Below are positions 1-12,608 of a DNA stretch of 37,389 bases, one piece after another. A program made the translations under genes and the position numbers. Positions within the stretch are counted from its first letter, which is position 1; each line of letters opens with the position of its first letter. Origin of the DNA: Spongospora subterranea f. sp. subterranea (taxonomy: Eukaryota); assembly GCA_049724395.1 (NCBI GenBank), contig JAUGWO010000031.1, positions 62,001-99,389 on the forward strand. Reading direction: 5' to 3'. Below the pieces are notes generated by a model. It saw only the letters and a program-made list of their open reading frames with translations, did no database searches and had not been told where the DNA came from.

Positions 1-3000
1 CATACGTCATACCCCTACAGTAGCTGGAGTAGACCCCATTGACAACCCATTATAATAGGGGTGACGATACATGATGGTTATAACACAAGGGTAACACTGA
101 AAGCGGCACATACGTCATACCCCTACAGTAGCTGGAGTAGACCCCATTGACACCCCATTATAATAGGGGTGACGATACATGATGGTTATAACACAAGGGT
201 AACACTGAAAGCGGCACATACGTCATACCCCTACAGTAGCTGGAGTAGACCCCATTGACACCCCATTATAATAGGGGTGACGATACATGATGGTTATAAC
301 ACAAGGGTAACACTGAAAGCGGCACATACGTCATACCCCTACAGTAGCTGGAGTAGACCCCATTGACAACCCATTATAATAGGGGTGACGATACATGATG
401 GTTATAACACAAGGGTAACACTGAAAGCGGCACATACGTCATACCCCTACAGTAGCTGGAGTAGACCCCATTGACACCACATTATAATAGGGGTGACGAT
501 ACATGATGGTTATAACACCACACATACGTCATTATAATAGGGGTGACGATACATGATGGTTATAACACAAGGGTAACACTGAAAGCGGCACATACGTCAT
601 ACCCCTACAGTAGCTGGAGTAGACCCCATTGACACCCCATTATAATAGGGGTGACGATACATGATGGTTATAACACAAGGGTAACACTGAAAGCGGCACA
701 TACGTCATACCCCTACAGTAGCTGGAGTAGACCCCATTACCCATTATAATAGGGGTGACGATACATGATGGTTATAACACAAGGGTAACACTGAAAGCGG
801 CACATAGACCCCCAGTTGACACAACCCATTATAATAGGGGTGACGATACATGATGGTTATAACACAAGGGTAACACTGAAAGCGGCACATACGTCATACC
901 CCTACAGTAGCTGGAGTAGACCCCATTGACACCCCATTATAATAGGGGTGACGATACATGATGGTTATAACACAAGGGTAACACTGAAAGCGGCACATAC
1001 GTCATACCCCTACAGTAGCTGGAGTAGACCCCATTGACACCCCATTATAATAGGGGTGACGATACATGATGGTTATAACACAAGGGTAACACTGAAAGCG
1101 GCACATACGTCATACCCCTACAGTAGCTGGAGTAGACCCCATTGACACCCCATTATAATAGGGGTGACGATACATGATGGTTATAACACAAGGGTAACAC
1201 TGAAAGCGGCACATACGTCATACCCCTACAGTAGCTGGAGTAGACCCCATTGACAACCCATTATAATAGGGGTGACGATACATGATGGTTATAACACAAG
1301 GGTAACACTGAAAGCGGCACATACGTCATACCCCTACAGTAGCTGGAGTAGACCCCATTACCCATTATAATAGGGGTGACGATACATGATGGTTATAACA
1401 CAAGGGTAACACTGAAAGCGGCACATAGTCATACCCCTACAGTAGCTGGAGTAGACCCCATGGAGTAGACACACCCATTATAATAGGGGTGACGATACAT
1501 GATGGTTATAACACAAGGGTAACACTGAAAGCGGCACATACGTCATACCCCTACAGTAGCTGGAGTAGACCCCATTGACACCCCATTGACACCCCATTAT
1601 AATAGGGGTGACGATACATGATGGTTATAACACAAGGGTAACACTGAAAGCGGCACATACGTCATACCCCTACAGTAGCTGGAGTAGACCCCCATTATAA
1701 TAGGGGTGACGATACATGATGGTTATAACACAAGGGTAACACTGAAAGCGGCACATACGTCATACCCCTACAGTAGCTGGAGTAGACCCCATTGACAACC
1801 CATTATAATAGGGGTGACGATACATGATGGTTATAACACAAGGGTAACACTGAAAGCGGCACATACGTCATACCCCTACAGTAGCTGGAGTAGACCCCAT
1901 TGACACCCCATTATAATAGGGGTGACGATACATGATGGTTATAACACAAGGGTAACACTGAAAGCGGCACATACGTCATACCCCTACAGTACTGGAGTAG
2001 TCATACCCCTACAGTAGCTGGAGTAGACCCCATTGACACCCCATTATAATAGGGGTGACGATACATGATGGTTATAACACAAGGGTAACACTGAAAGCGG
2101 CACATACGTCATACCCCTACAGTAGCTGGAGTAGACCCCATTGACAACCCATTATAATAGGGGTGACGATACATGATGGTTATAACACAAGGGTAACACT
2201 GAAAGCGGCACATACGTCACATAGCTGGTAGACCCCATGACACCCATTATAATAGGGGTGACGATACATGATGGTTATAACACAAGGGTAACACTGAAAG
2301 CGAGTCATACCCCTACAGTAGCTGGAGTAGACCCCATTGACACCCCATTATAATAGGGGTGACGATATACATGATGGTTATAACACAAGGGTAACACTGA
2401 AAGCGGCACATACGTCATACCCCTACAGTAGCTGGAGTAGACCCCATTGACACCCCATTATAATAGGGGTGACGATACATGATGGTTATAACACAAGGGT
2501 AACACTGAAAGCGGCACATACGTCATACCCCTACAGTAGCTGGAGTAGACCCCATTGACAACCCATTATAATAGGGGTGACGATACATGATGGTTATAAC
2601 ACAAGGGTAACACTGAAAGCGGCACATACGTCATACCCCTACAGTAGCTGGAGTAGACCCCATTGACAACCCATTATAATAGGGGTGACGATACATGATG
2701 GTTATAACACAAGGGTAACACTGAAAGCGGCACATACGTCATACCCCTACAGTAGTTATGGAGTAGACCCCATTGACCCCATTGACAACCCATTATAATA
2801 GGGGTGACGATACATGATGGTTATAACACAAGGGTAACACTGAAAGCGGCACATACGTCATACCCCTACAGTAGCTGGAGTAGACCCCATTGACAACCCA
2901 TTATAATAGGGGTGACGATACATGATGGTTATAACACAAGGGTAACACTGAAAGCGGCACATACGTCATACCCCTACAGTAGCTGGAGTAGACCCCATTG

Positions 3001-5223
3001 ACACCCCATTATAATAGGGGTGACGATACATGATGGTTATAACACAAGGGTAACACTGAAAGCGGCACATACGTCATACCCCTACAGTAGCTGGAGTAGA
3101 CCCCATTGACAACCCATTATAATAGGGGTGACGATACATGATGGTTATAACACAAGGGTAACACTGAAAGCGGCACATACGTCATACCCCTACAGTAGAT
3201 ACATGATGGTTATGGAGTAGACCCCATTGACAACCCATTATAATAGGGGTGACGATACATGATGGTTATAACACAAGGGTAACACTGAAAGCGGCACATA
3301 CGTCATACCCCTACAGTAGATGGAGTAGACCCCATTGACAACCCATTATAATAGGGGTGACGATACATGATGGTTATAACACAAGGGTAACACTGAAAGC
3401 GGCACATACACCCCCATTATAATAGGGGTGACGATACATGATGGTTATAACACAAGGGTAACACTGAAAGCGGCACATACGTCATACCCCTACAGTAGCT
3501 GGAGTAGACCCCATTGACACCCCATTATAATATAATAGGGGTGACGATACATGATGGTTATAACACAAGGGTAACACTGAAAGCTGAAAGCGGCACATAC
3601 GTCATACCCCTACAGTAGCTGGAGTAGACCCCATTACCCATTATAATAGGGGTGACGATACATGATGGTTATAACACAAGGGTAACACTGAAAGCGGCAC
3701 ATACGTCATACCCCTACAGTAGCTGGAGTAGACCCCATTGACAACCCATTATAATAGGGGTGACGATACATGATGGTTATAACACAAGGGTAACACTGAA
3801 AGCGGCACATACGTCATACCCCTACAGTAGCTGGAGTAGACCCCATTGACACCCCATTATAATAGGGGTGACGATACATGATGGTTATAACACAAGGGTA
3901 ACACTGAAAGCGGCACATACGTCATACCCCTACAGTAGCTGGAGTAGACCCCATTGACAACCCATTATAATAGGGGTGACGATACATGATGGTTATAACA
4001 CAAGGGTAACACTGAAAGCGGCACATACGTCATACCCCTACAGTAGCTGGAGTAGACCCCATTGACACCCCATTATAATAGGGGTGACGATACATGATGG
4101 TTATAACACAAGGGTAACACTGAAAGCGGCACATATCATACCCCACAGTAGCTGGAGTAGACCCCATTGACAACATTATAATAGGGGTGACGATACATGA
4201 TGGTTATAACACAAGGGTAACACTGAAAGCGGCACTATAATAGGGGTGACACCCGATTATAATGATACGTCATACCCCTACAGTAGCTGGAGTAGACCCC
4301 ATTGACAACCCATTATAATAGGGGTGACGATACATGATGGTTATAACACAAGGGTAACACTGAAAGCGGCACATACGTCATACCCCTACAGTAGCTGGAG
4401 TAGACCCCATTGACACGTCATACCCCTACCATTATAATAGGGGTGACGATACATGATGGTTATAACACAAGGGTAACACTGAAAGCGGCACATACGTCAT
4501 ACCCCTACAGTAGCTGGAGTAGACCCCATTGACACCCCATTATAATAGGGGTGACGATACATGATGGTTATAACACAAGGGTAACACTGAAAGCGGCACA
4601 TACGTCATACCCCTACAGTAGCTGGAGTAGACCCCATTGACAACCCATTATAATAGGGGTGACGATACATGATGGTTATAACACAAGGGTAACACTGAAA
4701 GCGGCACATACGTCATACCCCTACAGTAGCTGGAGTAGACCCCATTGACACCCCATTATAATAGGGGTGACGATACATGATGGTTATAACACAAGGGTAA
4801 CACTGAAAGCGGCACATACGTCATACCCCTACAGTAGCTGGAGTAGACCCCATTGACAACCCATTATAATAGGGGTGACGATACATGATGGTTATAACAC
4901 AAGGGTAACACTGAAAGCGGCATGATGGTTATAACACAAGGGTAACACTGAAAGCGGCACATACGTCATACAGTACCCCTACAGTAGCTGGAAAGTAGAC
5001 CCCATTGACACCCCATTATAATAGGGGTGACGATACATGATGGTTATAACACAAGGGTAACACTGAAAGCGGCACATACGTCATACCCCTACAGTAGCTG
5101 GAGTAGACCCCATTGACAACCCATTATAATAGGGGTGACGATACATGATGGTTATAACACAAGGGTAACACTGAAAGCGGCACATACGTCATACCCCTAC
5201 AGTAGTAGCTGGAGTAGACCCCC
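1..5223. repeat. 108-bp tandem satellite, roughly 48 units, running off the window start
   Basis: The unit CATACGTCATACCCCTACAGTAGCTGGAGTAGACCCCATTGACA(A/C)CCCATTATAATAGGGGTGACGATACATGATGGTTATAACACAAGGGTAACACTGAAAGCGGCA recurs at 1, 109, 217 and onward. There are two main variants (GACAACCC/GACACCCC) and scattered partial units. All six frames contain stops. Confidence 0.98.
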
Positions 5224-5883
5224 AAGCCACATTCGCCAATGAATGACTTCGGGTGTGGATTCTGTCAGGATCCGATTAGCAGGCTCGCCAGACAAAATTC
5301 GCGGAGTGTTCATGTAAAAATACGATATGGCGTCATAGATATGCAAAGATATTTCCAAGCCTTACTTTTGATTCGACGGTGATACAATGCATGAGAAATC
5401 GTTGATGATGGGTCCCTTTTTCAAGAGTTATTGGCTCCATTGCTTCATTTAACGGCATCCCTGTAGTGCCTGATCAACAATCTTACTGATTGAAACCAGC
5501 CTGCAATCTGCATGGATATATGGCATACGTCAAATATGGAAGAAATATTAGACCTCTCAACAGACTCGTTGGGTGAGCAGCAATGCCAGATGTGGGCGAC
5601 TTTGGAGTCAGTAGCTTGCTTTACACATTGAATTAGGACGGCAACACATGTTGAACTATTACTTGATATCGTTATCAGCCAATGGGAAATTGTTAAATAA
5701 GACGGTGAAAGGATAATTTATCCACATCCTATACTGCAACACAATGGCAAGTATTTTCTATTTGATCTCAATTCAACCTTCAACTTGTTTCTGTAATTGC
5801 CAGAACATAAATTCAGTACTGTTGGTGACGGAACCGTCTCCAGTACTTTAGTCGTTTCAAATCGGCGGTTATCGTTGATCCGT

Positions 5884-6698
5884 TTATTTGAACATATTCC
5901 CGAACCCGATGATGGTAATATGCCTCGCCGTCGGATCGATCCATTGATAACTGCAAGGTGGTAAAGCTCTGTCCACTTCCTCTCTGAGCTGCTCAATAAC
6001 TGAGGAAAGAAAGTCCTCAACGAATGCGACCAAGGACGTCTGAAAGTTGGACTCCCTATAATGGCCAATATGATGGCCAGGTTTTACTACTTGCTTATAA
6101 TAATCCGGTTGTTTAGTTTCCGCCATGATCTGCATCACCAGCTGTTTCTGTTCGACAGGAACGCAGTCAACAGTCGATCGGCTGGGGCATTGAAGACCAA
6201 TATCGTGGCGCCGCTGATAGCGTTCCAGACTAAAGCAGTTAAAATCAACCAAAGAAACCGTTGAAATTTCAAACAGGGTATCATTCAGTCGCGCTGAGAA
6301 TTTGATTAATATTTCGCTGAGGCATTGATGCTGATCTTGGGACAGAAAGAAATCGTCCGAGCATGCAGCTAGTGTTATCTGTGCACAATAATGAAAAAAT
6401 GAAATGATTCACATAAACTGTCGCTCGACTTTTGGCCATTTCGAACCTGGATTTTCTGGTGGTAAATCCAAGTCGGTTTGAAGTCGGCGCTTCAAGCCTA
6501 GGAATGGTTCGGAAAATCCTGTAAAGGCTGTGGATACCTGTTTTAGATCAAAGCCCAATCATGGCCGAACTACAGCGATTGAATACCGAACACGATTACG
6601 CCATTCCAGGCGATGAAAAACCCAGCGGGAAACAAATACGCTGCCTCGGTTGACATGGCCCGTGCAACGACCAACGACCGCCCCATGTTCAATGTCAT
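5884..6698 (-). CDS. Spliced conserved hypothetical protein, 2H-phosphoesterase-like (~220-234 aa)
   Basis: Manual splicing gives exon1 (ATG at 6698, 6686 or 6656)..6587, GT-AG intron 6586-6528, exon2 6527-6430, intron 6429-6379 and exon3 6378-5884. The joined frame is open: MSTEAAYLFPAGFFIAWNGVIVFAFTGFSEPFLGLKRRLQTDLDLPPENPGSKWPKITLAA...GHHIGHYRE...SYQWIDPTARHITIIGFGNMFK*. Confidence 0.75.
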
Positions 6699-6821
6699 AC
6701 CACTGTCCTGTATCGGGCCCCGCCAATGTTTCACAATTTTGATACTGGTCGAATCGAAGGCGATGTGCATGAGGATAAAAGGGTAAATTAACAACTTGGG
6801 ACGAGACTGAATTGAAAGTAT

Positions 6822-8099
6822 TTATTGAGTCGCTTCATATTTAAATGGGTCTTTCTGCACTCCAATTGGAGCAAAGGTACTACCAACTGGAGCAGGTTCC
6901 AATAACGTTGGAAATGGTAGGGTGGATACTTGTGTCTATAACAATGATAAGTTCAATGCATCAACTCAATGCTGTGAAAAAATCCATACAGGGACCCGAA
7001 CAGCATCGATAAGGCGCACCCAATTGCCTCTTCGACCAGGAACGCTGCCACGAATATACAATAAATTTTGGTCATGGTCAATGCGCATGATCTAATGTCG
7101 AGATGTTAAACCAGGACAACATGGGGGAGCTACAGGGTAACCTTCATATTCTGAACCGTCCTAAGCTTATTCCCCATTCGACCAGCCATCTTTTTGCCTT
7201 TCCAGACACGACCCTGAAACGCGATATATCAGGAAAATTTCATAGCAAGGTGAACAAAAAATGCCTGACAGGATCTTGACAGTTTCCGGTACTACCAAGT
7301 GACCGATGAGCGACAGACACACCATGAGTGGCAGATTGGCCCTTGAATCCCCAGCGCTTCATCGCACCTGCAAATCCCTTTCCGTTCGATGTACCCTGGA
7401 TGTCGATCAGTTGACCGGCCACGAAGTGTGATGCCGTCAACTCTGTTCCAACTGGTAATACTGCGTTGGGCGAAACTGGAAATTCAATCTACAACTCGGA
7501 TAAACGCAAATTATCGATACGTAGAACCATGAGTGCCTACCACATGCTGTTTTGGTGCCACACCAGCTTTAGCACAATGACCAATAAAGGCTTTTGTACA
7601 GTTCTTCAGTTTTTTTTCGCCAGTCCCAATTTGCAGTCCGACTAAACCCTGATTATTAGGGGTCGTTTTTACTTGTAAAACATTACAGGAAGAAATTTTC
7701 AGCAACGTGACAGCTGAGCAGGTATAAGCGAAACTGAGATGCAGACGGTTAACATAGGGACTAACGATGGCGCTGCCCGAAAGCGTCAAACATGCCGATC
7801 ATGCCGATTTTTTCAAAGCTATAGCTCCTGGACGACGTACAATTGGATCTTGTTTCTAATTTACAGAAAATTAGAGTTAGAAGCCCCTTATCACAGAGAT
7901 ATGTTCAAAAAAGTACCTTCTGCTGAGCGTGTTCTTCTTGATCATTCTGGTATTGAGCGTAAAGTTTATCAAACTCAGCCTGGTCCTCATCGCTAGGCTC
8001 TGGTATCGAATCTACCAAATCCTGAACTGAGATAGGTATGGCGGCATTCGTTAGGCCGCGTCTTGACAGCAGCCGCTTGGCAACTGATCGAATGATCAT
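6822..8099 (-). CDS. MRPL3: Mitochondrial ribosomal protein uL3m (7 exons; apparent frameshift in exon 2)
   Basis: Exons 8099-7917, 7855-7766, 7713-7541, 7488-7270, 7213-7142, 7091-6990 and 6935-6822, all with GT-AG introns. L3 motifs: [50 protein letters not shown] and LYIRGSVPG. The N-terminus is Arg-rich and transit-peptide-like. Confidence 0.95.
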
Positions 8100-8571
8100 A
8101 ATATGGCGAAATGACGAGGGTTAACCTTAGACTGGGATGAAGGTCGCGCCCCGTTCATTCCACCTTGTTCAGTGTAAGTCCGTCCGTCACGCTATGTATT
8201 CGATTTAGAGTAGTCGCTATCCCATTGTGAAACCGACGGCCAGACTTTGAAGTCTCTTTCCATGGCTCGTATCACGGTGCCATATGGATTATCAGATCGA
8301 CGCTAGACATCTTTTAGAACAAGGCCTATAGGTGGGAATGTCGCCTTGGTTTGGAAGGTATGAAATAATACACGGAATTGCTATTCCAGCTATAGTTTTC
8401 CCCATCTGAACTGAAAAGCCTAGAAGTAGTCGGAATTAGCAGTTGTGATCGTCCTGCTGGTTTCATTCCGCATCACCACGAAGTTCACTAAATGATGGAA
8501 TATTTTCAGTCAGTCAAATATTCCTAACAGGAACTGATTTTCGTGAAGACTAAATTGCGATCTATAAACCA

Positions 8572-8657
8572 ATCACAATTCCTCCTCCTGTGTCATCCTT
8601 TCATCACAATTCCTCCTCCTGTGTCATCCTCTCATCACAATTCCTCCTCCTGTGTCA
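8572..8657. repeat. 31-bp minisatellite, ~2.8 copies
   Basis: ATCACAATTCCTCCTCCTGTGTCATCCT(T/C)TC repeated in the MRPL3/ceramidase divergent intergenic region. Confidence 0.9.
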
Positions 8658-8884
8658 TTTGTCATGTACTTTCATTTTTCCCCTAATACTAATCGTCCTC
8701 TGTACAGACTGTTTGTCTGAAATCACTGTTCTACGGAGAATTTGTCCAAGTCTTTTTTCATTCATAGACCACATTCAATACAGAATTGCTTATGCGGAAG
8801 TCTTTTTCTGTAATATTGCAGCATGGGTCTTTTGGGGTCTTCACCGTATCCACTATCAATTTTCTACTCTTAGCTGCAGGATTA

Positions 8885-9721
8885 ATGCCCAGGCTTCACG
8901 GGTTGACTAATCCTTCGACTGCACTCTGCTTACAGGCGACATCGCTTTTCATTTATATGTGTTCACTAAAGCCATTGCCCCAAAATATCGCATACCATAA
9001 TTTCGCTGATACCAGGACGTTGCCACTATGCTGTGCTGGATCCATTCCCAATGCTTCAGATGTCATTTCCAATATTGCATTTTTTGTATTTAGCGTCAGC
9101 GGAATGCAAGCCCTCTCGGCAAATCAAGGCAGTTCCGCTACACAACTAGAAAACGATGCTTGGTTCGTGTTTTTTCTCTCTGGAATCATGGTCAGCTTTG
9201 GCTCCGCTTATTATCGTAAGTAGTAAGCATATCTATACTCTCAATCATCACCAACGTTGGTCCATTTAGACTGGCGTCCTTCAAATCAAACGCTTTTTTG
9301 GGATCGTGCTCCGATGGCGATCGGATTTGCTTCCATTATATGTTTAAGTGTATGTGAAAGGATGCCCCAAATCTGCAGTTATTATGTTTTCGGCGCGACG
9401 ATTATTGCTGCTGTATCTAGCTGTCTTTATTGGCGATGGACCGACAACCTCCTCCCATACTTGTTTGTCCAATTCTATGGAATGTTATTCATCATGGAGC
9501 TTCTAATTCTATTTCCTTGCTTATATACTGACTCGAGTTCGTGGTGGTGGATTATGCTTGTCTATTTCGTCGCCAAGGTTTCAGAGACGTTTGATATGCG
9601 ATTATTTCGAATGTCGGGTTCCATCATATCAGGACATACAATGAAACATTTGTTTGCTAGTTTGGTGTTCAAAATCGCCACTAATCACGTAATACAACGC
9701 CAATACATCGGCAATGTTTGA
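8885..9721 (+). CDS. Alkaline ceramidase-like membrane hydrolase (CREST superfamily), 2 exons
   Basis: Exon1 8885-9215, intron 9216-9269 (GTAAGT..TTTAG), exon2 9270-9721. Motifs PQ..YHNFADTR, IPN..VISN, GSAYYH (His codon split by the intron), WDR.PM and SGHTMKHL, with several hydrophobic helices. Confidence 0.88.
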
Positions 9722-9796
9722 TGTACGAAGAAGACAATTAATTTTTAAAAATCAATGTCAAAATCAATGTAGTTACAATGTTATAGGATGTAAAAA

Positions 9797-10577
<781 letters not shown>

Positions 10578-10661
10578 TCAAGACCGAAAGGGTACCACTG
10601 GGTAGGTATCACTTCCCACTACCCAACGACCCAGTGGATAACACAGACAAGGGTACACATG

Positions 10662-12608
10662 TGTAGACTCTCTTATAACTTATACTGTCGGTAGACAAGG
10701 TTCGTACATAAGTTATAAGCGAGCGTTATTAGCAAACTAATACTGCGTACGCAAAACAATAATGCGCCGTCACGCAACTATCATGAATTTGCCGTCACGC
10801 AATTATCATGAATGCGCAGAAGCAGACTGAACCTGACATTGGGTCACGTCATTGCCTGAGGTACAGTAACAACAATGGAACTTTGCCCTGTCTGCAACGA
10901 GCCGTTAAGCGGATCCGGTTCTCATCGGTATGAACATTGTTTCTTTGATAGCATTCTCATCACTGAGTCTTTGAATGAGCCAGGTGTCCAGATTGTAATC
11001 GGGGCGTTCATAGCTTTTGCGGGACTCCCTATGGCAAGGATGAGGAAGGATATGGTCAGCGAGTCTGGTGCTCAAAATCAGAAAAGTGTCAGCAAGCTGT
11101 CGCTTGTGTCGCATAAAGGGAAACTGTCACCCTCTAAACGGGCTCGTGTTTCGGAAATTCATCAAGCCAATCCTAAAATGTCGCAAGAAAAAGTGGCTGA
11201 GATGGCAAGAAGAGAATTTAAGCTGGATCAACTGAGTCAGGCTACTATCAGCACTGTCATTAAAGAGTCTAAAGTTATCGCTGCTAACTCCGGCAATCTG
11301 AGGCTCTTTTGTCAGTTCCGTTACTGTTAGCGCACAAGGCAACCGTCAGTCGAGTCTTGTCTTTCTTCATTCCGCCCATTTGTCGTGAAGCAATCGTGCG
11401 ATCAGGTGCCATTGAAAAGAAAAGCCCGGTTTCGTCCATATTATAGACATCAGCCGGTGAATAGCGCGCTATTAATTGCTGCAAGATTGGCAACTCAGCC
11501 CTTACTGCTTCCATATCGGCAGAGCCCCTCTCTCCTGCAGGTTTCATTGACTTGAAGTTCCGGCGAAGAAGGAATTTCTGAACCCATCCGTCAGAAAACG
11601 TAGGACGGTCGTTCTCAAAAATTGCAAACTCGTCGGCAAAAAGGTGCGCCTTTTTTTGCAGAATCTTCCAGCTCAGTGCTATATCACGTTCTTGACAACC
11701 AATGACCCACGATGCCAAAGCATCGTCCAAATCAGAAAATCTAACCAGCCGAGGCCTTTTCAGTTTTAACTCGGAATCTGGAACGTCAATCGAGATTTGT
11801 CTCTTATCATTTAGAATGTTTGATATAGCTGGCTGACTCAGAACTTTACGCATCTTAAACTCTTGTTTTGCCCATTCAGCAACCTTCTTCTGCGTCATTT
11901 TGGGATTTTCAAGGGATTTCTGGCGAATCTTCAGGCATTGGGCCATTGTCAGATTGCCGGAGTTAGCAGCGATAACTTTAGACTCTTTGATGACAGTGCT
12001 GATAGTAGCCTGACTCAGTTGATCCAGCTTAAATTCTCTTCTTGCCATCTCAGCCACTTTTGCTTGCGACATTTTAGGATTGGCTTGATGAATTTCCGAA
12101 ACACGAGCCCGTTTAGAGGGTGACAGTTTCCCTTTATGCGACACCTTAGACGCGCGTACAGGAATAACACAAGCGACAGCTTGCTGACACTTTTCTGATT
12201 TTGAGCACCAGACTCGCTGACCATATCCTTCCTCATCCTTGCCATAGGGAGTCCCGCAAAAGCTATGAACGCCCCACAATCTGGACACCTGGCTCATTCA
12301 AAGACTCAGTGATGAGAATGCTATCAAAGAAACAATGTTCATACCGATGAGAACCGGATCCGCTTAACGGCTCGTTGCAGACAGGGCAAAGTTCCATTGT
12401 TGTTACTGTACCTCAGGCAATGACGTGACCCAATGTCAGGTTCAGTCTGCTTCTGCGCATTCATGATAATTGCGTGACGGCAAATTCATGATAGTTGCGT
12501 GACGGCGCATTATTGTTTTGCGTACGCAGTATTAGTTTGCTAATAACGCTCGCTTATAACTTATACGAACCTTGTCTACCGACAGTATAAGTTATAAGAG
12601 AGTCTACA
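10662..12608. mobile_element. Fold-back derivative of a pogo/Tigger (Tc1/mariner superfamily) DNA transposon
   Basis: Ends read TGTAGACTCTCTTATAAC...GTTATAAGAGAGTCTACA. 10662-11301 is the inverted copy of 11949-12608. A truncated transposase lies on the minus strand. Confidence 0.92.
11301..12397 (-). pseudogene. Truncated pogo/Tigger (CENP-B-like) transposase: Cys/His finger, two N-terminal HTH repeats, Tc5-type HTH, start of DDE_1
   Basis: Motifs LDDALASWV...LQKKA...FSDGWVQKFLLR (Tc5 HTH) and VYNMDETGLFF...KTRLTVALCANSNGTDK (first catalytic D). The gene breaks at 11301 and carries a 4-nt deletion near the 5' end. Confidence 0.9.

Noticed and set aside
1..5223. CRISPR array or repeat-protein gene
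   Set aside because: Units are identical end to end with no unique spacers, there are no cas genes, and the context is eukaryotic. Although 108 is divisible by 3, every frame has a stop in each unit.
10590..10661. Small hairpin (CCACTGGGT/ACCCAGTGG) and ATAACAC..AAGGGTACAC resemblance to the 108-bp satellite
   Set aside because: The matches are short and gapped and could arise by chance.
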